From Bryobacterales bacterium (GTDB lineage: Bacteria > Acidobacteriota > Terriglobia > Bryobacterales > UBA6623), in the NCBI GenBank assembly GCA_965248235.1, contig CBDFIU010000001.1, forward strand, positions 151,313 to 215,312: DNA of 64,000 nt, in the 5' to 3' direction. Of this stretch, positions 37,032 to 45,025 are shown in pieces (the stretch's first letter is position 1; every line of letters begins with the position of its first letter). Under the pieces are notes generated by a model. That model saw only the letters and a list, made by a program, of their open reading frames with translations, had not been told where the DNA came from and searched no databases. The position numbers were made by a program, and so were the translations under genes.

Positions 37032-38410
37032 ATGTTGCTGAGATTCCGTCGCCGGTTGAGCACTTTGCTGGTCTTGGGGCTGGTCTTGTCGGCGTCGGCC
37101 GTCGAAGCCGCTAAGAAGATCAAGCCGGGTTGGAATTTGTTCAAGCTGGCCCAGGATATTCAGCTTGGCCAAGAGGCGGCGAAGGATATCGAGAAGCAGG
37201 TCGAAGTCGTCAATGATTCGCGACTGACGAACTACGTTGCCGGGATCGGCAAGCGCTTGGTTGATGTCGCGCAGGGCGAGGACTATCCCTACTCGTTCAA
37301 AGTCGTCGCCGACCCGAGCATCAATGCTTTCGCGCTGCCCGGCGGCCCGATTTACGTTCATACCGGACTGATCGCCGCCGCCGATAACGAAGCGCAGTTG
37401 GCGGGCGTGTTGGCGCACGAGGTATCGCACGTCGCGTTGCGCCACTCGACGAGCCGAGCCTCGAAGGTGTCCGCCTTCCAGATTCCGCTGGTGCTGGCCG
37501 CCGGAACGCTAAACAAAAAGGGCGGGCTGTTGGGGGCGCTCTCCGGCATCGGGCTCAGTTTCGGGCTGAATTCCCTCTTCCTGAGATACTCCCGCGGTGC
37601 CGAGAAGAACGCTGATATCCTCGGCGCCCGCATGCTGTCCGAGGTCGGCTACCAGCCCGTCGAGATGGCGAATTTCTTTCAAAAGCTCGAGCGGCAAAGC
37701 GGGGGTCGGAGCGGTCCCCAATTCTTTTCCGACCACCCAAACCCGGGGAATCGCGTCCGCTATGTGACCGCGGAGGTTCGGGATCTGCCGGTGAAGCGCT
37801 ATACCCGCGGCGATACGAAGCAGTTCAGGGAGATGAAAGCGGCGGCAAGCCGCATTCAGCCGACAAAAAAGGCCGCGGCAGCCCAGGATGCCGGCACCGC
37901 TCAACCCGCCGGCGCCGCTCAACCGCCGCGGGCGGCCAATGCCGGTTTTCGGGTTTGCCGCTCGGCCGGCTATCGCCTGGAACATCCGGCCGAGTGGAAA
38001 ATTTACGAGGCAGAGGGCGGCGTGGTGACGGCCGTGCCGGCCGACGGCATCGTTCGCGATCGACAAGGGAGCCCGTCGCTGGCGCGGGGGCTGATGGCGG
38101 GGTTTTTCGCGGGCCGACGGCAGGCGCTGTCGGCGGCGACCGATGAGCTGATCGCGGATTTGCGGCGGTCCAATCCGAGCCTCGAGATCTTGCGTGGGCA
38201 GCGGCGGCCTACGCGGCTCGGGGGGCGTCCGGCGGAGAGTGTTTGCTCGAAGGTGAGTCGGCTCTGCCCGGTCAGCGGGAGTTTGTTTGGCTCGTCACCG
38301 GGGAAGCCGAAAGCGGATTGTTCTACGCCATCCTCGTCTCGCCCGAGAACGAGTATGGAAGGTTGCGCGACCCTTATCAGAAGATTGTGCAGTCGGTCGA
38401 GTTTCGCTAG
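37032..38410 (+). CDS. M48-family zinc metallopeptidase, secreted; apparent frameshift in a G6 run (38220-38225)
   Basis: GGAGG then ATG 37032. Signal 'MLLRFRRRLSTLLVLGLVLSASAVEA'. 'AFALPGGPIYVHTGL' and 'LAGVLAHEVSHVALRH' (HExxH). After 'RPTRLGG' the sensible continuation '...LLEGESALPGQREFVWLVTGEAESGLFYAILVSPENEYGRLRDPYQKIVQSVEFR*' lies in another frame and ends at TAG 38408-38410. Confidence 0.75.
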
Positions 38411-38552
38411 TACTCAGACCACGTGAAAAGACACCTTTCCCCGACCTTAGCTGAGAAGACTTCGACCCACCCTGGCGGAGGAAACCACGGCCAACCAGAG
38501 AATAGCGCCTGGCATCCAAACAAACTTTTTCATGTGGTCGCGGCACTAGCCG
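38408..38552 (+). repeat. Family-3 composite repeat, copy X2 (no MITE)
   Basis: tagtactcagaccacgtgaaaagacacctttccccgacctt...cttcgacccaccctggcggaggaaaccacggccaaccagag...gcatccaaacaaactttttc...gtcgcggcactagcc. Its first three bases are the M48 stop codon. Confidence 0.75.
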
Positions 38553-38621
38553 GACTACGCCACGGGAGCGCCGGCGCGTTCCGTCGTCATAAGTTCGCAA
38601 GTTTCCTTACACGTCCGCGGC

Positions 38622-39311
38622 GTGACGAGCGTCAACCCTAGTGTGACGGTGTCGCTTAGCTTGATTTGCGCCTTGGCGGGGCTGCTTGGCCTTTTGAGCC
38701 CGACCCTCGCGGCCGAGCCGAGCGTGGGCGACGTGGCTTCTCGCATCGAGCGGCGCTATAACTCCCTGGCGACCCTGACGGTCGGCTTCGAGCAGCGCAT
38801 TGAGTTTGGTTCGCGGCCGCCCGTTCACGAGCGGGGCACGCTCTACCTGCTGCGGCCGTCGAAAATGCGCTGGGACTACGCGCAACCGCCTGGAAAACTG
38901 CTGGTCGGCGACGGCGAAGTGATGCGGATGTACAGTCCGCGAACGAACCAAGTCCGCCGCATCAAGTCCGCCGCGACGGCGGATTTGCGGGCGCCGTTGT
39001 CGTTCTTGCTGGGGCGTTTGCGCTTGCGGCGTCAGTTCCGCAATCTACGGTTAGAGAAACAACAAGACCGCTCGGTCCTCCTCGCCGACGGCCGCACCGG
39101 CAAGGAAGCTTACAGCCGGGTGGAGTTCAGCTACGACCCCGGCGACTACCGGTTGCTGCGGATCAAGGTGCACGGGCAGGACCAAAGCATTACGACTTTC
39201 GAGTTCCGCGATGAAGAAGTCAACGCGCCCCTCGCCGCGGCGCTGTTTCAATTCGAGGCCCCGGCGGGTGCGGACGTTCTCGATGAAAGCTTCGCGGGGG
39301 GCGGCCGCTGA
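38622..39311 (+). CDS. LolA-like outer-membrane lipoprotein carrier family protein
   Basis: Signal peptide 'LSLICALAGLLGLLSPTLAAEP'. 'LATLTVGFEQRIEF...HERGTLYLLRPSKMRWDYAQPPGKLLVGDGEVMRMYSPRTNQV' matches the LolA fold signature. Its stop overlaps the pilC ATG (TGATG). Start may be GTG 38622 or 38643. Confidence 0.75.
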   Translation: MTSVNPSVTVSLSLICALAGLLGLLSPTLAAEPSVGDVASRIERRYNSLATLTVGFEQRIEFGSRPPVHERGTLYLLRPSKMRWDYAQPPGKLLVGDGEVMRMYSPRTNQVRRIKSAATADLRAPLSFLLGRLRLRRQFRNLRLEKQQDRSVLLADGRTGKEAYSRVEFSYDPGDYRLLRIKVHGQDQSITTFEFRDEEVNAPLAAALFQFEAPAGADVLDESFAGGGR

Positions 39312-40513
39312 TGCCGGAATTCGTTTGCAAGTTCGCCGACGCGCAGGGCCGGGTCCGGCAGCAAATCGAGACCTCGGATTCCGAAGAGGCGTTGCGCCGC
39401 AAGTATACCGAGCAAGGGTTGCTGCTCTATTCGGTCAAGCCGCATCGTTCGCTGACCTTGGAAGGTGTCAGCGGCCGCGGCGGTCGACTCAACCTCGAGC
39501 ACTTCGTCATCTTCAATCAGCAGTTCGTGACGCTGACGCGCGCGGGCTTGCCGATTCTGCGATCGCTCGAGTTGCTGGCCGAGAACACAAAGCATCGGCG
39601 CTTGGCGGCCCACTTGAACGCGGTCCATGCCCAAGTGCGGACCGGCACGCCGCTGTCGGAGGCTTTCCGGGTGCAGGGGGTTTTCCCGCCGATTTATACA
39701 ACTTCACTGATGGCCGGGGAAAAGAGCGGCAGCCTGCCGGAAGTGATCGACCGCTACGCGCAGTATCAGAAGCTGTCGCTGTCGGTGCGCAAGAAGATTC
39801 TCGTTTCCTTGATCTATCCGACGGTCTTGGTGGTGTTGGTCACGGTGATGGTGGTTTTTCTGGTGACCTTCGTCGTGCCGGAATTCGCCGGGCTCTACGA
39901 CAGCATGGGGGCCGAGTTGCCCTACATGACGCAATTGCTGGTGTCGATCGGCGTAACGGTGAGCGAAAACCTGATGCTCATCGCGGCGGTGACCGCGGGC
40001 TTGGGCGGACTGCTGGTGATGTGGATGCGCTCCCAGACAGTGCGCGACTCGATCGACCGCGTCAAGCTTCGAGTTCCCTTTTTCGGGCAGATCTGGATCA
40101 AGTATCAGGTTTCGCAACTGTGCCGTTTGTTAAGCACTTTGCTGGCGGGTGGGATCCCGCTGGTGCAGGCGCTCGATACCACGGGGCAGTCGCTGGGCTC
40201 GCGCTTGCTTCGGGAAACGATGGGCGGCGCGCGCGAGATGGTGACCGAAGGGCAGTCGCTTTCGAAGTCGCTGATCGCCGCCGGGATTTTTCCGTCGCTG
40301 GCGATCGAGATGATTCACGTCGGCGAATCGACCGGGGCGCTGCCGGAAATGCTCAATTCCGTGGCGGAGTTTTTCGACGACGACGTGAGTACGCACATGG
40401 CCGCCGTGCTGTCGCTGATCGAACCCGCCATCATGATTTTTATGGGCATCTTCGTGGCTTTCGTGTTGGTGTCGCTCTATCTGCCGATTTTCAGTTTGGC
40501 GGAGAGGATTTAG
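39311..40513 (+). CDS. pilC: Type II secretion / type IV pilus platform protein (GspF/PilC family)
   Basis: 400 aa with two T2SSF repeats ('FNQQFVTLTRAGLPILRSLELLA', 'LCRLLSTLLAGGIPLVQALD') and three TM segments. Confidence 0.9.
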   Translation: MPEFVCKFADAQGRVRQQIETSDSEEALRRKYTEQGLLLYSVKPHRSLTLEGVSGRGGRLNLEHFVIFNQQFVTLTRAGLPILRSLELLAENTKHRRLAAHLNAVHAQVRTGTPLSEAFRVQGVFPPIYTTSLMAGEKSGSLPEVIDRYAQYQKLSLSVRKKILVSLIYPTVLVVLVTVMVVFLVTFVVPEFAGLYDSMGAELPYMTQLLVSIGVTVSENLMLIAAVTAGLGGLLVMWMRSQTVRDSIDRVKLRVPFFGQIWIKYQVSQLCRLLSTLLAGGIPLVQALDTTGQSLGSRLLRETMGGAREMVTEGQSLSKSLIAAGIFPSLAIEMIHVGESTGALPEMLNSVAEFFDDDVSTHMAAVLSLIEPAIMIFMGIFVAFVLVSLYLPIFSLAERI

Positions 40514-40569
40514 CCGTTCACCGTGAACCGTTGGACCGGGAACCGAATTAGAAATGATCAGAGAAAACC

Positions 40570-42189
40570 ATGGCTAGTGCCGAACAGCAACCACCGCAAC
40601 TAGATCCGGCGGCCGAGGAAGAGCAAGCCCGTTCGCGGGCCGAGCGCTATCGCTATCCGTTTGTCGATTTGAACGAAGTGCATATCGACGCCGAGCTGTT
40701 TCGCTCGATTCCGGTCGAGCTGATGTTTCGCTACAGTTTTGTCCCTATCGGCGCCCAAAACGGGACTCTCGAGATCGCGATTGCCGATCCGCGCCAACTG
40801 CCGGCGCTCGATGAAATTTCGCTGCTGCTCGGCAAGAAGATTCGCATCCACGTGGCGACGTTGACGCAGATCAACGATCTGCTCAAAAAGACCGAGCAGT
40901 CGCAACGCGTACTCGAGGAAGTGACCGAGGACTTCGTCCTCGACGTTGTCCGCGACGACGGGTCGGACGAGACGCTGTCGATCGAAAAACTCACCGGCGA
41001 CGACGATATCAGCCCCGTCATTCGTCTGGTCGATACGACGATTTTCAACGCGCTCGAGCGGCGCGCCAGCGACATTCACATCGAAACCCGCAATGCCGAA
41101 GTCGCCATCAAATACCGCATCGACGGCGTGCTGCACTACGCCATGCCGCCGATCTCGAAAGACTGGCATCAGACGATCATTTCGCGTATCAAAGTGATGT
41201 CGGAACTCGACATCGCCGAAAACCGCGTCCCCCAAGACGGCCGCTTCCGGGTGCGGTACAAAGGCCGTCAAATCGATTTCCGCGTCTCGATCATGCCGAC
41301 CGTTCACGGCGAGGACGCCGTGCTGCGCGTGCTCGACAAAGAGTCGATGAGCGAGAAGTTCAAGCAGCTCTCGCTCGACGTCGTCGGCTTTTCCGACGAC
41401 GACCGCAAGAAGTTTCGCCGCTACATCTACGAGCCCTACGGCATGGTGCTCGTCACCGGGCCTACCGGCAGCGGCAAGACCACCACGCTCTACGCGGCGG
41501 TGAGCGAAATCAAAACCGACGAAGACAAGATCGTCACCATCGAAGACCCGGTGGAATATCAGATCCACGGCATTACGCAAATTCCCGTCAACGAAAAGAA
41601 GGGGCTGACGTTCGCGCGCGGCTTGCGCTCGATCTTGCGGCATGACCCCGACAAGATCATGGTCGGCGAGATTCGTGACTCGGAAACAGCGCAGATCGCG
41701 ATCCAATCGGCGCTGACCGGGCACTTGGTTTTCACGACCGTGCACGCCAACAACGTGGTCGACGTGCTGGGGCGCTTCCTCAATATGGGAGTCGAGGCGT
41801 ATAACTTCGTCTCGGCGCTGAACTGCATCTTGGCGCAGCGGCTGGTGCGTCTCGTCTGCGAGCACTGCAAGACGCGCGTGCGCTATTCCGACAAGGTGTT
41901 GGAGGATGGCGGCATGGACCCCGCCGAGTGGCGGGATTTCGAGTTTGCCGAGGGCGAGGGTTGCATCGAATGCACCGGAACGGGATTCCGAGGCCGCACG
42001 GCGATTCATGAATTGCTCGACATGTCGGACCACATTCGCGAGCTGATTCTCGCGAGGAAACCGTCCTCGGAGATCTTGCGCGAAGCCCGCAATGAAGGTT
42101 TGGCGACCTTGCGCGAGTCCGCGATCGAGCGAGTGCGCGACGGGCTAACGACGCTGCGCGAGATTAATAAGGTGACGTTTATCGAGTAG
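40570..42189 (+). CDS. pilB: GspE/PilB-family secretion ATPase
   Basis: N-terminal T2SSE_N ('IPVELMFRYSFVPI'), Walker A 'GPTGSGKTTT', Asp box, Walker B 'IMVGEIRD', His box and a tetracysteine 'CEHC...CIEC'. Confidence 0.9.
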   Translation: MASAEQQPPQLDPAAEEEQARSRAERYRYPFVDLNEVHIDAELFRSIPVELMFRYSFVPIGAQNGTLEIAIADPRQLPALDEISLLLGKKIRIHVATLTQINDLLKKTEQSQRVLEEVTEDFVLDVVRDDGSDETLSIEKLTGDDDISPVIRLVDTTIFNALERRASDIHIETRNAEVAIKYRIDGVLHYAMPPISKDWHQTIISRIKVMSELDIAENRVPQDGRFRVRYKGRQIDFRVSIMPTVHGEDAVLRVLDKESMSEKFKQLSLDVVGFSDDDRKKFRRYIYEPYGMVLVTGPTGSGKTTTLYAAVSEIKTDEDKIVTIEDPVEYQIHGITQIPVNEKKGLTFARGLRSILRHDPDKIMVGEIRDSETAQIAIQSALTGHLVFTTVHANNVVDVLGRFLNMGVEAYNFVSALNCILAQRLVRLVCEHCKTRVRYSDKVLEDGGMDPAEWRDFEFAEGEGCIECTGTGFRGRTAIHELLDMSDHIRELILARKPSSEILREARNEGLATLRESAIERVRDGLTTLREINKVTFIE

Positions 42190-42192
42190 CTG

Positions 42193-42237
42193 TCGCCGAT
42201 CCACGCAACGCCGATCCACGTGATTCGGCGACACGTG
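42193..42237 (+). promoter_or_regulatory. Repeat-dense pilB-pilM spacer (possible operator or RNA structure)
   Basis: 12-nt direct repeat cgccgatccacg at 42194-42205 and 42209-42220. 8-bp inverted repeat gtcgccga (42193-42200) / tcggcgac (42225-42232). Two CACGTG palindromes (42217-42222, 42232-42237). Confidence 0.3.
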
Positions 42238-42254
42238 CTTCGGCCAAACGAGCC

Positions 42255-43166
42255 ATGTTCCTCCAACGCCTATTCCAAGATCCCCCTCCCTTGCTGGCCT
42301 TTGAGATCGGCCGGCGCGGCGTGGCGGGTGTGCGTCTCGACGCAAAGACGTTCGAGCCGGCGGCGCGGGCGTATCGCGCGATCGAGGCGGGTGTGATCGA
42401 CCCCTCCCCCGGCAGGCCTAATGTTCAGCAGCCTGAGATCCTGGGGCAAGCGGTTCGCCAAGTCTGGGCCGAGCTTGGACCCGTGAAACGCCCCGACGCG
42501 GCGTTGATTCTGCCCGATGCTTCTTCCCGCTTGACGGTGCTTGATTTCGATCAACTGCCGAGCGATGGGAAAGAGCGGCTGCAACTGATTCGCTTTCGAT
42601 TGAAGAAGGCCGTGCCGTTCGATGTGGAGAGTGCGAGGGTAGCCTACCAGGTGCGGAAAATCGAGGGCGGATTCGCGGTCTTGGCGGCGGCGACGCCGGC
42701 GGAAATTATTGAACAGTACGAGCAGCCGCTCGAAGTGCTCGGGCTGCAGCCGGGCCATGTTGCGCTGTCGACCGTGGCGGCGTTGAATCTCGCGCCCACC
42801 GGCGGGATGAACTTGTTCGTCAAACTTTCGGAAAGTTCGTTGACCATGATCGCGCTCGATGACGAGGCCGCGCGCACGGTACGCAGCGTCGAGCTGACGC
42901 CGGGCGTGGAACCGGGCGCGGGGGGCGACCCCAACGCCGTGATCGACGAGATGATCGCGGACCTCTATCCGACCTTCGTGTTTATCGAAGACAATCTACG
43001 CCGCCCGGTCACGAAGTTGATCTTGAGTGGTTTCGACGGTCTGCTCGATAGCGCGCTGACTCGGCTGCCGGGCGAACTCGGTTGCGAGGTCGAGCCGCTG
43101 CGGTCCGCCGCCGGTCCGGCGGGCGCTCGGGATGTGGGTATTGAAGGCTTCTTGAGTCAGAATTAA
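42255..43166 (+). CDS. pilM: PilM/GspL-like cytoplasmic assembly protein
   Basis: 'LAFEIGRRGVAGVRLD...', 'ALILPDASSRLTVLDFDQLPSDGKERLQLIRFRLKKAVPFDVESARVAY' is typical of PilM-type actin-like assembly proteins. It lies directly before pilN/pilO. Confidence 0.7.
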   Translation: MFLQRLFQDPPPLLAFEIGRRGVAGVRLDAKTFEPAARAYRAIEAGVIDPSPGRPNVQQPEILGQAVRQVWAELGPVKRPDAALILPDASSRLTVLDFDQLPSDGKERLQLIRFRLKKAVPFDVESARVAYQVRKIEGGFAVLAAATPAEIIEQYEQPLEVLGLQPGHVALSTVAALNLAPTGGMNLFVKLSESSLTMIALDDEAARTVRSVELTPGVEPGAGGDPNAVIDEMIADLYPTFVFIEDNLRRPVTKLILSGFDGLLDSALTRLPGELGCEVEPLRSAAGPAGARDVGIEGFLSQN

Positions 43167-43178
43167 GGAAGGGAACGC

Positions 43179-43745
43179 GTGCGATTCGAACTCAATATGG
43201 CGACCCGGCCCTTCGGACGAAGGCGTCTTGTGGCCGTGCTGTCGGGTCTCGCGGCGGTGTTGCTGACCGCGGCGGCGGTCGTGATGGTCGTTATCTATTC
43301 GCAGCAACGCGAATTGCCGCCCGAGCTGACGGCGCGCCAAGGGGAACTGCGGGCCGAGTTGGCCGCGCTCGGGGCCGAGGAAGCGAAACTGCGCGGGACT
43401 CTACAAGACCCCGCCAACAGCATCGTGCTCGAACGCTCGATGTTTCTCAATCGGCTGCTTCAGCGCAAGGGGATTTCTTGGACCAAGACATTCGCCGATC
43501 TCGAAAAGATTCTTCCGCCGCGCGTGCAGATGATGCAGATCCGCCCCGAGGTGACCGATTCGCACAACGTCGCGCTCTCGATGCAGGTGGGCGCCGAAAC
43601 GCCGGCGGATTTCATCGAGTTGCTGATAGCGCTCGAAACTTCCGAGCTGTTTGACTCGCCCAATTTGCGGGGCAGCGCCCCGCCGAGCGACAACCAGCCC
43701 CTCTTCCGCTATCAACTGACGGTGAGCTATGACCAGCAACTTTAA
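43179..43745 (+). CDS. pilN: PilN-like (fimbrial assembly) bitopic membrane protein
   Basis: 'ELNMATRPFGRRR' then a TM segment, coiled coil and C-terminal alpha/beta domain. 188 aa. Confidence 0.7.
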   Translation: MRFELNMATRPFGRRRLVAVLSGLAAVLLTAAAVVMVVIYSQQRELPPELTARQGELRAELAALGAEEAKLRGTLQDPANSIVLERSMFLNRLLQRKGISWTKTFADLEKILPPRVQMMQIRPEVTDSHNVALSMQVGAETPADFIELLIALETSELFDSPNLRGSAPPSDNQPLFRYQLTVSYDQQL

Positions 43746-44319
43746 TACAACGCCGGCGCAAAACGCACCGTGGTCGCGGCGCATCTCGCACACCCATATC
43801 GCGGTGGGGTTGGGTGTGCTGTTGCTGTTCGATCTGGCCTTTTATTTGTTCGCCGTTCGTCCGCTCGACGCGCGAGAGGCAGAGACGATCGCCGCCATCG
43901 CGGCCTTGGAACAGCAGCTCGAGCAACGTGGCGAGGCGGCTGAGCAACTACGCGACGTGGTCGGCAAGGTGGAAACCGCCCGCTCGACCGGCGACGGATT
44001 GATCGAAGATATCACCATCCGCCGCCAAATCGCCTTTTCAACACTGGTGGTCGAATTGCACGCCGCGGCGACCGAAGCGAAGATCGAAGACCGCGACCGT
44101 ACCTACGACATCGAGCCGGTGGATGGAACCGAGGACTATGGAATCGTTCGCATGAACGCCAACTTTCGGGGCTCTTACGAAAACATCGTACGCTTCCTGA
44201 ATCTGATCGATCGCTCCGAGCAGTTTCTGATCATCGAATCATTAGGAGCCAGCCCGCGGTCGGAGTCGGCGGACTTGCAGGTAACGATGCGCATCGATAC
44301 GTTGGTTCGGGATTTGTGA
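43729..44319 (+). CDS. pilO: PilO/GspM-like bitopic membrane protein
   Basis: TM 'GLGVLLLFDLAFYLFAV', coiled coil and ferredoxin-like C-terminus 'ANFRGSYENIVRFLNLIDRSEQFLIIESL'. Overlaps pilN by 17 nt. Confidence 0.7.
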   Translation: MTSNFNTTPAQNAPWSRRISHTHIAVGLGVLLLFDLAFYLFAVRPLDAREAETIAAIAALEQQLEQRGEAAEQLRDVVGKVETARSTGDGLIEDITIRRQIAFSTLVVELHAAATEAKIEDRDRTYDIEPVDGTEDYGIVRMNANFRGSYENIVRFLNLIDRSEQFLIIESLGASPRSESADLQVTMRIDTLVRDL

Positions 44320-44359
44320 GGCCGAGGCGGCCGATAGACCGCCGATTAGAGATAAAACG

Positions 44360-45025
44360 ATGAAACTGGGCGCGGAAAAGAACAAGATCATCTTGCTGGG
44401 CGTGCTGACCGCCGTTGCGGGGTACTCGGTCTATACCCAGCTTTTGTCGGATCCGCCGCCGCCGCGCGGCGCTTCGCGGACCTCGAGTTCGGCGTCCGGG
44501 CGCACCGCGACGCGCGCTCGTCCACCGGCCCGACGTTCCGCTGGCCGTCCCGTGTTCGGCGGTTCCGAGGAGCCGCTCGACCCGATGACCGTCGACCCGA
44601 CCCTGCGGACCGACCTTCTTGCCGGCGTGCGGGCCGTCGTCTTTGAAGGGGTCGAGCGGGATATATTTCGGTTCGGCGAGCGCAAGAAGCCGAAAGTCGA
44701 AGGGCCGACGGCTGAAGAAGTAAAGGCCGCGGAGGCACGCTTGGCAGCGGCGGCTAAATCTCCCAAGCCCGTCAAAACGGCCAAACCCGCCGTGCGCAAG
44801 CCCACCGCCCCGCCGATTAAGTGGAAATACTACGGCTTCGCCAATTCCTCGAAAGACGCCCGTAAGCGGGCTTTCTTGATCGGGGACGAGGACGAGGTTT
44901 TCATCGCCACCGAGGGTGATGTTTTCAAGAAACGCTATCGCGTCGTCCGCATCGGCGTGAATTCGATCGTGATCGAGGACTTACAATTTAAGGACCAGCA
45001 GTCGCTGCCGCTTGAGCAAGGTTGA
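44360..45025 (+). CDS. PilP/GspC-like protein (TM anchor, disordered linker, C-terminal beta domain)
   Basis: TM 'IILLGVLTAVAGYSVY', 'ERDIFRF' and C-terminus 'AFLIGDEDEVFIATEGDVFKKRYRVVRIGVNSIVIEDL', which resembles the PilP/GspC HR-domain pattern. Confidence 0.5.
   Translation: MKLGAEKNKIILLGVLTAVAGYSVYTQLLSDPPPPRGASRTSSSASGRTATRARPPARRSAGRPVFGGSEEPLDPMTVDPTLRTDLLAGVRAVVFEGVERDIFRFGERKKPKVEGPTAEEVKAAEARLAAAAKSPKPVKTAKPAVRKPTAPPIKWKYYGFANSSKDARKRAFLIGDEDEVFIATEGDVFKKRYRVVRIGVNSIVIEDLQFKDQQSLPLEQG

Noticed and set aside
40600-42033. 477-aa ORF antisense to pilB. Similar long shadow ORFs include 1456-2487(-), 15470-16618(+), 54087-55358(+), 59846-60751(-), 23142-24029(-) and 48225-49082(-).
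   Set aside because: In each case the opposite strand encodes a protein with clear family motifs. The shadow translations are Arg/Gly/Ala/Pro-rich with no motifs, as expected for stop-poor antisense frames in roughly 60% GC DNA.
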